From Octopus bimaculoides (Eukaryota): a stretch of 52,814 nt of DNA. The stretch spans positions 60,733,392-60,786,205 of the forward strand of contig NC_068985.1 in assembly GCF_001194135.2 (NCBI RefSeq), in the 5' to 3' direction. This document shows, piece after piece, positions 1-12,113 of the stretch (the stretch's first letter is position 1; every line of letters begins with the position of its first letter). The position numbers and the translations under genes were made by a program. Below the pieces are notes generated by a model. It was not told where the DNA came from and did no database searches. It saw only the letters and a program-made list of their open reading frames with translations.

Positions 1-36
<36 letters not shown>

Positions 37-774
37 ACATACACATGTCATTACCATTTATTATTTCCATAGACATTTTTTTAATGTTCTATACTACTTA
101 CATCTCATTCTATCACTATATCGTTCTATCATTCTTTTACCTTATCATTCCATCATTCTGTCGTTCTAGTTTCAATTACTGCAGTAATTTTCTCTCTAAG
201 AAAACTTTATTCTCAAGGGAAGAAACACCTTCTACTTCCTTTTTGCCTTCTAAAGAATATATTTATTTTGATGTTGTTGTTCTTGTTGCTGTTTTCTTTC
301 GAAATTGCTATCTTAGAAATGCATCTTTTTATTCTATTCATTTTATTTATATATTTCTTGTTTTGTTTTGTATAGACGTATTATTTATTGTACCTACAAT
401 TTTTGGTGCAGTCTGAGACTTTTACAGTAAATTTTCTGACCAATTCTGAGATACAGATCTATTAAATAATAAAATATAGAAATAAATAAGACATCTAGTA
501 AAAAAAAAAAAAAAGACAAATAGAATGAAAAAATGTTTCTTGCACAGTAAATGGTTCATTTATGAAATTAGTGATAGAAAATGGAAAAGAAAATGAAAAA
601 AATTCATATCAATATTATTTGTATTATTATTTATCACTGTATGTTTCTGCATCACCCTAACCATTTCATATATATATAAAGCCCCCACATATTTTGTAAC
701 TCACCTTGTATGACATGTTTTGTATGTATGGGTCCTTAGTATTCAATAAAGACAGGGTTATTATTATTATTATT

Positions 775-1635
775 ACTACAGAATCAGTAGAGTACCAGAA
801 AAATGCCTTACAATATTTACTTGCATCCTTTCTGAATATTTCTGAGTTCAAACCTCACCAAGGTCAGCTTTGCCTGTCATCCATCTGTGATCAATAAAAT
901 AGAGTACCAGTTAATTACTGGGGTTAGTCTAATTTATTATTCCCCTCCTTTTAAAATGTAAATGTACTTAAGTTAGAAATTATTATTAAAAAGGTGGTTA
1001 GCTGGTAGAATCGTTAGTATGCTGGAGAAAATGCTTAGTGACATTTCTTCCAGCCTTCTACATTTTGAGTTCATATTCTACTGAGGTTGACTTTGCCTTT
1101 CATCTTTTTGGGAGTTGATGAAATATGTCCTAGTCAAGTACTGGAGTCAATGTTGTTGACTAGCCCACTTCCCCAAAATTTCAGGCCTTGTACCTATAGT
1201 AGGAAGGATTATCATTAAGGCGGCAGTGTAGCAGAATTGTTAGTGTATCAGACAGGATACTTAGCAGCATTTTTCCAGCTCTTTATGTCCTGAGTTCAAA
1301 TCCTTCGAAGGTCAACATTAGCTTTCACCTGGTTAAAGTCAATAAAATAAAGCACTAGTCAAGTATTAGTATTGATAAAGAACTAGTCAAGTACTACTTG
1401 CTCCCTCCCCTCAAAATTCTTGGTCTTGTGCCAAAATTTAAAGAAGATGGCAAGCTGGCAGAATCATTAGCACATCAGACAAAATGCCTGGTAGCAGTTC
1501 TTCTGTCCTTTTTATGTGCTGAGTTTAAAATACTACAGTAAATGTACCAGTCAAATACTGGAATCAATGTAATTGAATTACCTCACCTTACCCTGCCACA
1601 AAAAATTGCTGGCTTTGTGCCAAAATTTGAAACCA

Positions 1636-1695
<60 letters not shown>

Positions 1696-1960
1696 ATTAT
1701 TATTATTATTACTATTATTGTTGTTGTTGTTGTAGAATTGTTTGTGTGAGATAAAATACTTTTTAATATTTCTTTCAACTCTAAATTTTGTGTTCAAATC
1801 CTACTGAGGTTTACTTTTCTTTCATCCCTCTGGAGTTGTTAAAATACAGTACCAGTGAAGTACAAGGGATGATGGTATCAACTAACCCCCCTTCCCCTCA
1901 AATCTTGTTGGTCTTGTATCTAGATCAGAAACAACTATTATTATTATTGTTGTTGTTAGT
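775..1960 (+). mobile_element. Head-to-tail chain of about 5 tRNA-derived SINEs (family A, about 220 bp each; best copies about 993-1216, 1219-1444, 1446-1640)
   Basis: Repeated unit with an A-box-like head (agctggcagaatcattagc), a B-box-like gagttcaaat, the body ctttgcctttcatcc...aataaaataagtaccag, and a 3' gccttgtgccaaaatttgaaacc followed by an (ATT)n tail. Dozens of tRNA-derived SINE copies are typical of Octopus; exact family name not verified. Confidence 0.85.
1641..1733. repeat. (TAT)n/(TGT)n microsatellite, the tail of a family A SINE
   Basis: Direct reading; it produces the poly-Y, poly-I and poly-N ORFs. Confidence 0.97.
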
Positions 1961-2078
1961 TTTGTCTTCATTATCATCATATTCCTTTAAGAATTTCCAA
2001 TCCTATATAAACAATACTTTATCCCTCAAAAGTCAATGTTAAGGACAATCAGACTTTCCCTAACAAAGATGGATCCAT

Positions 2079-2343
2079 GGACCCTTTCATTTCCATAATC
2101 TTAATAAAATACACTGTCAATGTATTTCAGCTAATTTTGAAAATATATAAGGATTTTGAGGGATCTGGCAAAATAAACAAATTTCTCATTATTAATCTGT
2201 TTTAAAGACATAACAAAAGGTTCTTATGTACAATTAATGAATTAATGAAGGGTTTTAATTTAAAGATAAACACTTTAAAACATGAGATTTTTGTATCAAA
2301 AAGCCAGTGGCAATCTCAGGTGGATTGCTACGAAAAGGGTTAA
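2079..2343. mobile_element. MITE with piggyBac-like ends (degenerate left end)
   Basis: Ends aaaagggTTAA at 2343. The body is similar to the copy at 7373-7597 (aattttgaaaat..., gaagggttttaattta..., gcaatctcaggtgg...). Confidence 0.55.
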
Positions 2344-3204
2344 CAGAATATTTACACTTCTTTATGGATGTTTATAACTAAAGGTATTTCTTGAATCTTT
2401 CTTATTAAATATTTTTTAAGAAATTAAATTTAAACAAAATATAATCATCTAAAAATAAGAATTCAGTATGAACTGAAATAACTACAAAATAAATTCAGTA
2501 AATTTCTAATTTTTAATTTATATTTTCTCCTTTAAATACTTTGTACTGTAAAGTGGAACAAATCTTCATCCAAAATTCTATATCATTTCAAATTGTTGCC
2601 ACAATGAGTTTATATCATTTCTTTTATCTTGAGCCATGGCTGAGAATATATCTGTCATTTTAAACATTCTACAATCAATCCAACTGTTTATTACCTTTAT
2701 TCTTTTTTCTAATTTAATTCTTTACTTCACATTAGCCTCCTTATTGTTCTAGCTGACTAGACTGGGGCAAAGAGGGTAGACTGTCTTGCCTAAGGACAAA
2801 AAAAAAAAAAAACAATATTTGAGGGAAGGTTTAAACTTATGAACCTTGGGTTGTGAGGTAAACCCAAATAATTAATCAATTGCTAAACAGTTAATTTTAA
2901 GATGAAAAAAATTTGAAAAATGTAAACATTTAAGTTGTATTTTGTCATAGATAAAAGAAAAATTTCACAATCTTGTTAACCAGTGATCAATAGTTGATTG
3001 ATCAGTATTTCATGATTATTGATAACCTGATTTGAATCCCTAGCATCTGAGATGTTTGGAGGATTTAGGTTGGTAAACACAAATATAAAGATATTACTCA
3101 TCTTTTCAATGTTTCTCAGAAGATAACAGCAAAATCTTTAAAAGTTTGACTATTGCAATTTTTTTTTAACTGCTCATAAGATATTGCATTTTTGAGCCAA
3201 CAAA

Positions 3205-3400
3205 ATGGTATCACTTGATGTGTTAGAAATAACAGCTAAATTTCCCTCAAATTACACCCTGCCACTTTAATAGAATGGGCGGATACATTGGACAATGTAC
3301 ACTGTGTCTGAATAAAAGGATGGTCATGGTTGGAATATTTTCAGTCAAAGGTATGCTGGGTCAGGGCTCAGCTGGAGCTAAACAATGCTAACAACAACAA
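3205..3400 (+). repeat. Interspersed repeat with (CAA)n tail; related copies at about 28480-28600, 41180-41340, 50690-50855 and 50925-51070
   Basis: Shared blocks ggatggtcatggttggaat...tcaaagg and ggctaaacaa...caacaacaa recur in both orientations. Confidence 0.5.
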
Positions 3401-3589
3401 TGCACATTTAATAACCTCTAGAATCTAATTACCAAATTAAATTAAAATTTTTATTAATTTAAGAATGAAAATGAAACCCAGTTTGTATTTTCAAAATGAC
3501 ACACATAAAGGAGAGAGAGTAGAAATGTGTCACAATCACTCACGGATTCTTCTGACATATGTACAGTTCACCACATTTTTATTATGTGG

Positions 3590-3755
<166 letters not shown>

Positions 3756-3870
3756 AAATGCATGTCATTAAAACTAATTTTTCTAGCTGATAACACAACC
3801 AACAAAATGATAACTCAGAAAATGGGCTTAATTATTTTCATCCACATTATTATTATTATTATTACTATTA

Positions 3871-4447
3871 AGGCAGTGAGCTGGCAGAATCATAAGCACG
3901 CCAGGCAAAATGTTTAGTGGCATTTTGTCCATCTTTACATTCGGAGTTCCAATTCCACCGAGGTCAACTTTGCCTTTCATCCTTTCAGAGTCAATAAAAT
4001 AAGTACCAGTTGAGTGCTGGGGGGTTAATGATATCAACTTATCCCCTCCCCCAAAACTGCTGGCCTTGTGCCAAAATTTTAAATCATTATTATTTTTACT
4101 TGCTTTTCATCCTTTTGGGGTCAATAAAATAAGTACCAAATCAAGTACTGAAGTCAAAGTAATCAACTGATCCCCCCCTCTAAAAAACTGCTGGCTTTGT
4201 ACCAAAATTTGAAACAATTATTATTAAGTGGCAAATTGGCAGTTTCATTGGTGCATCAGAAAAAATTCTTTGCAGTATTTGTTCTATCTTTTTACAGACT
4301 AAGTTCAAATCCCACCAAGGTCAGTTTTGCCTTTCATTCCTCCGAGGTCAATTAAATAAAGTACCAGTTAAATGCTAAGGTCAATGTAATCAACTCATCC
4401 CCTCCCTATAAAATTTCTGGCCTTGTGCCAAAATAATAATAATAATA

Positions 4448-4480
<33 letters not shown>
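3871..4480 (+). mobile_element. Chain of 3 family A SINEs (one 5'-truncated) ending in (AAT)n(ATT)n
   Basis: The near-consensus first copy reads ggcagtgagctggcagaatcataagcacgccaggcaaaatg...ggagttccaattccaccgaggtcaactttgcctttcatcc. Each copy starts right after an ATT tract. Confidence 0.88.
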
Positions 4481-4483
<3 letters not shown>

Positions 4484-5699
4484 CTCAAGGCTAACATAAA
4501 CAAAAAATGGCTCTAAAGAATGCTATTGTATATAGTATATCTATATAATAGATATAAATGCGATATAAAAGATTTTGTCTATTTCCTATGCAAAGATAAT
4601 TTTAGAAAACTCTTCATTTACATATAACTGTATCATATGACTTTTGATGTCACATTTACCTTGGAAACCATTTTCTTTCTTTTAAAACGTTGCATAAATT
4701 AATGTCTATACAATGTGGATGGACATGACTGGCTATTATTTCATCTAATCCACTTACAAATATCATAACTTGTAATGATGTAATAAGTAACATCATAATA
4801 ACAACTGATGTCAAATATTGTAATGATGTAATTCCTAATACCGTATCTTTTAATGATGAAATATTATTAGCATAGTTTGTTTGTGTTAGTTGCAATATAT
4901 AGTGCCACAAAAATGATACCTTCACACAAAATAATAATCCATTACAAAAATAATGTAGGTCCCAGTTTAGTTGAAATAACCATTTGTTCTATGTGTATAA
5001 TGTGAAGATCTGCTAGAAAGCAATCTAGTCTCTACTCCTTGTGAGTATCTAGAAGATATTGTAAATTGTATTATGATTGTTCAATAAAAAAAAAAAAGAT
5101 TCATATTTATCACACTCTCTTTTTATTGTTGTTATCAATCAGTATTATGTGTTATATGCTACTTGTTAAATCCAATAGCAGTGGAGGTCAATGAGTAATC
5201 TATATTAAATAGTAAAACTGTAGAATTCAATGAAAAATTAACTTCCATTGGCAAGAAGTCATCATCATAATTATTTTAAACACAAAAATAAAAGTGGTGG
5301 GGAAAATAGTGAATAAGAAGGAGGTACAGTAGATCAAAGAAACAAGACCCAGGTCAACTGAATTGGTGCATCAACAAAATGTCTAGAGCCAAGAAGGGAG
5401 TGAGTAGTTGTCGGTATGTTTGTTAAAATCAATGAAAAGTAAGGTCAGTTGAATAAGTGAAGGCACCAGTTTAAATGGGGCAGAGGAGAGAGTTTCCAAG
5501 TGCTGGCAAAACTTTTAATTTGACTTAATATGATTTAAATTTTTACAATTGTGAACATTAATTAAAGTTTCTGAAAAAATGAAATTGCAAGCCATATCCT
5601 GAAATTAGTTGTCATTCTTTACAATTTCCAAAGTGTAAAATACTATAACCAAAGTTTCCATAACATGAGGGAATCCTGTAATTTAAATATAGATTAAGA

Positions 5700-5909
5700 A
5701 TTGGAAGGGCATCCTGCTGTAAAACCATGTCAAAACTGATCTCAACTGTGCAAATGCAGAGTGGTTGGTGTTAGGAAGGGCATCTAGTTGTAAAAACCAT
5801 GCCAAAACAGACACAGAAGCATGGTGCAGGCTCCAGTCTGGCCAGCTCCTGTCAAACTGTCCAATCCATGCCAGCATGGAAGGAGGATGTTAAACAATGA
5901 TGATGATGA
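5700..5909 (+). mobile_element. 3' end of an RTE-X-type LINE or derived element, with (GAT)n tail
   Basis: gtggttggtgttaggaagggcatc...ccatgccagcatggaa...gttaaacaatgatgatgatga matches the 3' UTR of the ORF2-bearing copies at 21996-22851 and 30899-34181. Confidence 0.8.
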
Positions 5910-5974
5910 ATATATTAGTATCTTTGTACAGCTTTCCTTCTCAGTCTGGGAATAATTGATAACAGCTCAAACTG

Positions 5975-6426
5975 AGCTATTATATGCTATTTTAGTACAC
6001 AGGGATGTTATCTCGAGTTTTGATGACAACAAATCTCCTCAAACGCCAAGAATCTTTCTTAGAATTCTTGTAGAATACAGGATAGCACTTTTCTGTTGGT
6101 TGACAATGCAAGTCTCATTTCTATTATTCTTCAATCTCTTAGGTAGCAGTTTGAGTCAAGTATATCAATTACCAGAGAAATAACTGTTGTCCTAGTCTTC
6201 CACAGTTTCTTCATCTCTCTGGCTAGGTCTTGATATTTCTCAATTTTTCTGTTTCTTCAGTATTCATCTTGTTATTATATGGTATTGCAAGTCTTTGAGC
6301 TTTGTTTTCTTTTCTATGTCCTCTATAATCATATCTGGTCTTTTTGCTTCAATTGTATGGTCAGTCTTTATGGAGAAATCCTTAAAATGCTCCAATAATT
6401 ATCTTAAAACTCTTTCCAGACAATAT
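5975..6426 (-). mobile_element. RLE-type (R4/Dong-like) non-LTR retrotransposon 3' fragment, copy 1
   Basis: The minus strand encodes TDHTIEAKRPDMIIED...EKYQDLAREMKKLWKTRTTVI...KSAILYSTRILRKIL*, a PD-(D/E)XK restriction-like endonuclease C-terminus with frameshifts. Confidence 0.8.
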
Positions 6427-6429
6427 AGA

Positions 6430-6615
6430 CTGGTAGAATTGCTACAGATTTAGTAAGGACAGTATTGGTAGAGCATCAGACAAAATGTCTTGTGGCACTT
6501 AAACCTCTTTACATTCTGATTTCAAATCATACCAAGTTCAACTTTGCCCTTCAATCTTCTGAGATCAATAAAACTGGTACTTCTCATGCACTATGATTGA
6601 TTTCAATCAATCTTA
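6430..6615 (+). mobile_element. Degenerate family A SINE
   Basis: ctggtagaattg...agacaaaatg...aagttcaactttgcccttca...tcaataaaactggtac. Confidence 0.65.
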
Positions 6616-6757
6616 CTTTCGTCCACTCCTCGATTTGAGGCTAAACGTTAATATCTTATTTACTCTTCCACTTCACATCTACAAGATACTGGGAAAGAAA
6701 GAATCAACAAGAGAAATATAATATCTGAGTGGTTTAGGGGTTAGATTATTCATGTTT

Positions 6758-7235
6758 CTATATTGTCATCAATACTGTCTGGAGAGAGTTTTAAGATAAT
6801 TATTACAGGATTTTAAGGATTTCTCCAAAAGGACTGACCATACAATTTAAGCAAAAAGACCAGATATGATTATAGAGGACATAAAAAATCAAATTGAGAG
6901 CATAGGCTTTGCAATACCATATGATAACCGGACAGATACTGAAGAAACAGAAAAAATTGAGAAATATCAAAACCTACCCAGTGAGATGACAAAACTGTAG
7001 AATTACCTTTGTTAATTGGTATACTTGACTCAAACTGCTACCTAAGAGATTGAAGAAGAATGGAAATGAGATTTGCATTGTCAGCCTGCAGAAAAGTGAA
7101 ATCTTATATTCTACAAGAATTCTAAGAAAGATTCTTGACATTTGAGGAGATGTCTTGTTGCCAAAGCTCAAGATAACACCCCTGTGTATTAAATTAGCAT
7201 ATAATAGCTTTAACAGTAATAAGAATAACAAAAAC
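6758..7235 (+). mobile_element. RLE-type (R4/Dong-like) LINE 3' fragment, copy 2 (inverted relative to copy 1)
   Basis: Translates as TDHTI*AKRPDMIIEDIKNQIESIGFAIPYDNRTDTEETEKIEKYQNLPSEMTKL*...LQKSEILYSTRILRKILDI*, followed by a degenerate (TAA)-like tail. Confidence 0.82.
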
Positions 7236-7372
7236 GCCAATATAGTGACAAATATAACCAGCTCATGTCTCAAATACAGTCAAAGTTACTGAGCCTTTTC
7301 ATTAATTAATGAACATTTGTTGGTCAAAATATGTCAGATCATAGACAGATGTTTTGAAGGAATCAATAGTTT

Positions 7373-7597
7373 TTAACCTTTTTCTTAACATATTTCTGAT
7401 GAAATACTCTCTCTTTGATTCTATTAGTTTTGAAAATAATGAAGAATTTAGTAAAATAACTTTATCTTTATAAAATTAGTGTTTAGAACTTAAAGGTAGA
7501 TAACATCTTGACGGAAGGTTTTTATTTAGAGCACTTTAGAAAGAAAGGATCACAGAACTAAGGGCAGTCTTGAATGGGTTAGTATCAAATGGGTTAA
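7373..7597. mobile_element. MITE with TTAA target sites and CC../..GGG ends (piggyBac-like)
   Basis: TTAA at 7373-7376 is followed by cctttt, and aatggg precedes TTAA at 7594-7597. Same family as 2079-2343. Confidence 0.6.
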
Positions 7598-8130
7598 ATC
7601 ATAATTTTTCCTTATTTATTAATGTCATAAAACATGGAGAAATGGTTAATGAGAAAGGAATTTAGTTATGTACCATTGATATGGTGATGGTAACTCTTAT
7701 ATTCGTCTCAACCAAGAGTGATCTAGTTGTTCTGCCATTATGACAGAGTATTCCAAAATACTCCAATCCTTGATGTAATCAGGCAGAATATATACTGTCA
7801 TATTGAAGTATAACAGTATACATGACATAGCTTTCTTTCGAATTACAGATTATGGTGCATTCTATAGACCTCCACACATTTTCTGTCAAGCCTGTTTCAC
7901 TCCCAAGGTTTGGAGCAAACTTAATCATGGTAAAAAATGTTCCTGGAATCAAACCTATGACCTCAAACTTCTTAACCATTTACTTCTATTACAGATGAAT
8001 TCTGTCTCAAGTAGCACAAATTCCAAAGATAATATATTCAGATGACAAGGTACATTACTCCACTTGTCACAAAATATGAAATTTTACTAAGCCTGCTTCA
8101 AGATTTAGCTAGAAAAATAATTTCAAATGT

Positions 8131-8500
8131 AAACCGGATGTGGTTCCTCCTGATAATGTCTTCAGCTAACTGGATCCTAATCCACCAAGGGAAGGTATGT
8201 CGGAAGAAAGTAATTCAACAACGTGGGTTGATGAACTGTAAGACGTGTGGCCAGAACCTCCTGGAAAATAACCATAGTGAGGGACATTCCACAGTTGAAT
8301 TAGAACAGTCACAGACAGTGAAAGAAGACATGCACCCAACACCAGAGCTGAAGACACCTCCGAAAGGGGGTGGCCCCGCCACGTCAAAACGGTAGAGGAG
8401 TAGGGGCCGAAACCGGACGTGGTTCCTCCTGATGATGTCTTGAGCTAACTGGATCCTATAAAGGAGCTGTTGTGGTAGCAGACCACGAAACATGGTTGAA
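8131..8500 (+). repeat. GC/CpG-rich insertion with 49-bp direct repeats (8131-8179, 8410-8458) and two hammerhead-like motifs
   Basis: aaaccggaYgtggttcctcctgatRatgtcttSagctaactggatccta occurs twice, 279 bp apart. CTGAAGA 8348 pairs with GAAA 8409, and CTGATGA 8429 with GAAA 8487. Confidence 0.6.
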
Positions 8501-8654
8501 ATTCCTTACTAGTTGAAATATTTCAAATATTAATGGTCGCTCCTGTCGATTTCAACGTATGAGTGTTTGAAGGAGAGGACTTAAAGAAAAACAAGAAAAT
8601 AAAAAACGTGGGGAAAAGAGAAAACAACTTTCAAAAAAGAACAAAAGAAATTGC

Positions 8655-9360
8655 ATCTATCTGCATGAATGTGTGAATGTAATTTGAGTCCAGGTATGGA
8701 TCTTGCTATGAAATCACCATGAGGATGATTTTGATGATCTGTTAATTGCAGGATATAATTCTTTTATTGTTCTTTCTCTTCAACTCAAATTGTTTTGATG
8801 CGACACCATGCAGATCGATCTAGGCAATGACTTTCCCAAGGTGTCAAGTTAAGCAGTAGAGATTTAGTGATTGCTTTAACTTATCCTTATACTGCAGTAT
8901 CCTTCCATCTGTTGGCCATACAAAAGAATTTTTGTAGTGCGCTCATCTTTCATTTGAACAAAATGTACAACCCATTTGCACTGAATTCTTTGCAGCATGC
9001 TTTGGATACTGGAGATGTCACATTTTTCTAAGATTTTGACATTTGATATTTTGCCATTTTAAGTTGCAGATATTGTGCTGACAGCATATGTGAAAGGTTT
9101 CAAGTTTCTTTATATGTCTATAGTAGGGAGTCCATGCTTCTCTTCTGCCCCATACAAAAGTGTGCTCAAAATACAAGATCTGTATACACTTATTTTAGTA
9201 TGCAAACTGACACTGTGTTCATCCCACAAATGATGGGAAAGTTTTCCAAAAGCATTTGTAGCCTTAGATATTCTAAACATTGAATTCATCATCAAGAGTA
9301 CTATTAAAGTTTACTGTGCTTCCAAGATATTTAAATGACCTGACCCATTTGAGTGGGAAT
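8655..9360 (-). mobile_element. RTE-clade (BovB-like) LINE, decayed ORF2 C-terminal fragment
   Basis: FKYLGSTV...RISKATNAFGKLSHHLW...TKISVYRSCILSTLLYGAE is the RTE RT-thumb signature; it contains frameshifts. Confidence 0.85.
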
Positions 9361-9599
9361 AATTGGTATGGAGTTGGAGATCAAGATGAAGATGGTTGGG
9401 ATGAAGTATCAGAATGGGCTCTAGGGACAAGAGAACAGGAAAATGGTAAATCAGAAATGATCAGTAACTGGAATAATGTAGCTCTAGGTAAACAGTTTGG
9501 GAATGATCTATCTTTAGGTACCAATAAAAAGAAGGTAAGTCAGATATGGTGAATCAAACTTGTATTCTACTGACTTCAGCTATTTTATGCCATTTATGT

Positions 9600-9965
9600 T
9601 ACTAACTGGCAGAATTGGTCAAGCATTGATCAAAATATTCTGCAATGTATAGTTTCCACTTCTTATATTCTAAGTTCAAATCCTGTTGAAGTCAACTTCA
9701 CCTTTCAATAAAAAAAAAACACCAGTTAAATACTGGGTCAATTTAAGTGAATAGTTCCTCACCCCAGCTCCCAAATTTATATGTATTTAGTTATATATGT
9801 TAGAATTTATATGTATTTAGTTATAGACATTTACATTCTAAGCTCAAATCATGCCAAGGGAGACTTAGTCTTTCATCCTACAAGAGTCAATGACATAGAT
9901 TGCCAGTTAGACACTGAGGTTGATTTAAAGAAAAATATCTACCTCCTAAAATAAATGTTACCTTG
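9600..9965 (+). mobile_element. Two degenerate family A SINE copies
   Basis: ctggcagaattgg...aagttcaaatcc...gtcaacttcaccttt...accagtt, then a second tacattctaagctcaaatc...gacttagtctttcatcc. Confidence 0.6.
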
Positions 9966-10012
9966 AGTAAATGTTGAAATGAATATCATTGTAAAATAGC
10001 TAAATGGAAATA

Positions 10013-11243
10013 CAGGGGTTGGACAAAATAATGGAAACACCTTAAAATTTCAAACAGATTTATTTTAATATGGGGTACGACCACCTTTGGCAGTAATTAT
10101 AGCTTGAATTCTATGAGGTATCAACTCGTACAAAGTTTGAATTGTTTCCAAAGGAATTTTTGTCCATTCTTCAGCTAAAACAGTCTCCAATTCTTGTAGT
10201 GATAATGGTGGAGGATATTGACTCCTTACATTTTTTTCTAAAATGCACCATAAATGTTCAATGATATTGAGATCTAGGGACTGTAGTGGCCAGATAAGAT
10301 GTTCAGCTTCACTAGAATGTTCCTCATGCCATTCAGTAACAACTTTAGCTGTGTGAATTGGTGCATTAACATCCTTAAAGATTGTGTTTCCCTCCGGAAA
10401 CTGTTCCGCAACCATAGGATGAATTTAATCAGATAAAATGCTTAAATAATCTTGACAATTAATTCTATGGATTTCCAAGATATAACACCCCCAGATCCTC
10501 CTCCATGTTTAACAGTTGGAAGAAGGCAGTCTGGGTCAAATGCTTTTTTTGGCTGTCTCCACACATATACTCGGCTAGTGGTTGGAAATATGGTAAAGGA
10601 TGGCTCATCTGAGAAAATAACATACTTCCACTGTTCTAGAGACTAATTCTGTAGGATTTTACTCAACTCTAAATGCTTTGCAACGTTTGTTTTTGAAAGT
10701 AGTAGTTTTCTGATTGCAGCCCTCCGATGAAATCTGGCTTTGTGCAGCTCCTGGCAAAGAGTTTTTGTGGAAAAGAGGTTCTCGAGGCAGTCATTAAGCT
10801 CTGCAGTAATTTTGGGAGCTGTACTTTTGTGATCCCTTCTAACAATGCGTGTAAGAGTCTGGCAGTCCCTATCTGAAAGTTTTGGTTTTCTTCCGGAGTT
10901 TTGTTTCGACGAGGAGGTTTTCTCTTCTTTCTCAAAGGCTGTCATTACTTTCGTGACAGTACTTTTTGATGCACCAAACATTTCAGCTGTTTTCGTTACG
11001 CTAGCGCCTGCCATACGAGCACCAACAATTTGACCTCTTTGAAAGTCCAATAGATCTATCATTTTAATGAATTTTAATTACCTTTTTCTGATGATATCTG
11101 AAAAGAAACAGCAATTTTAGCAAAACATACTAAGCAACACTAATAATAAATCAAAAAACATAAAAACAAACAAGCTTTTGATGGTTTTATGGATATTTCA
11201 AAATTATGATGCTTGGTGTCACCATTATTTTGTCCAACCCCTT
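10013..11243 (-). mobile_element. Tc1-family DNA transposon, 1231 bp, transposase pseudogene (about 10065-11062)
   Basis: Left TA+caggggttggacaaaataatggaaacacc and right ggtgtcaccattattttgtccaacccct(t)+TA. The HTH N-terminus (QRGQIVGARMAGASVTKTAEMFG) and catalytic segment (FKDVNAPIH...DLNIIEHLW) are present. The ORF is broken and the second catalytic Asp appears replaced by Val. Confidence 0.95.
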
Positions 11244-11680
11244 TATTATTCCTTGCAGCCACACACTCACTCACACACACACACTGATGTTAATAATGAA
11301 GATTAGTTTCCTATTTTTGATTTAAAAAATATAAATTTCAAATAATTAAATCTATTTATCACACATACCTGAGACAAATATTGATTGACCCTAATTGGAA
11401 ATATATTTCCAGTGGAAGAAATGAAGGAATATTCCAGAGAAGGAATGATAGGAATAGAATCATTCCAGTATATATCCAGTTAAATGAGAATAAACACAAG
11501 AAATTATGATGTGTGTGTGTGTCATAATCATCATCTTAATGTTCATGTTTCCATGCTTACATAGGTTGGACAAATTTTCTATGGCAGAATATGTTTATAC
11601 AGAAGGCTTGAAATGACAGTGACAATGCACTGTGCACACACACACATCTATGCATATATATGTATACACACACATACATA

Positions 11681-11842
11681 ACAAGCCTCTTTTGGTTTCC
11701 TCTGACCAAATTCACTCACAATGCTTTGGTCAGCCTGAGGCTATTGCAGAACACACTTACCCAAGGTGCTATGCAATAGGACTGAATCCAAAACCATGTG
11801 GATGAGAGGCAAATATCTTAACCAAAAAGTCATACCTGTCCC
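11681..11842 (-). mobile_element. 5' half of a family B SINE (tRNA head plus CORE-like domain)
   Basis: Reverse complement of the 29352-29736 copy: tttggtcagcctgaggctattgcagaacacacttacccaaggtgc...ggactgaatcc. Confidence 0.7.
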
Positions 11843-12022
11843 TATTATATATATGTTTGTGTGTATATCATGGTGAACGCTTATAAGCTTTAAGTTTATG
11901 ATTATTATTATTTACAGAATTTTCACTTATCACCATTTCTTCATTTAATGCAGAATACACATATTTGTTTCTTTACATAATACTATGAAATTATAGTTCT
12001 TAAATCTAATGGGAAGAAATCG

Positions 12023-12113
12023 GTGGGTAGGTTGGTGTAATCAGTTAGCACACTTACCATGAAGATATGAGGTGTGGGCTCAATTCCTACACGTACTAAT
12101 ACCCACTTTTTTT
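12023..12113 (+). other. tRNA-like Pol III unit or SINE head followed by a T7 run
   Basis: A-box-like tggtgtaatcagttag, B-box-like gggctcaattcc, a gtagg...cctac stem and a following ttttttt. There is no convincing cloverleaf, so it is not called a tRNA gene. Confidence 0.35.

Noticed and set aside
9775-9825. Short tandem duplications (also about 21160-21240, 34906-34952 and 44790-44870)
   Set aside because: Ordinary slippage products.
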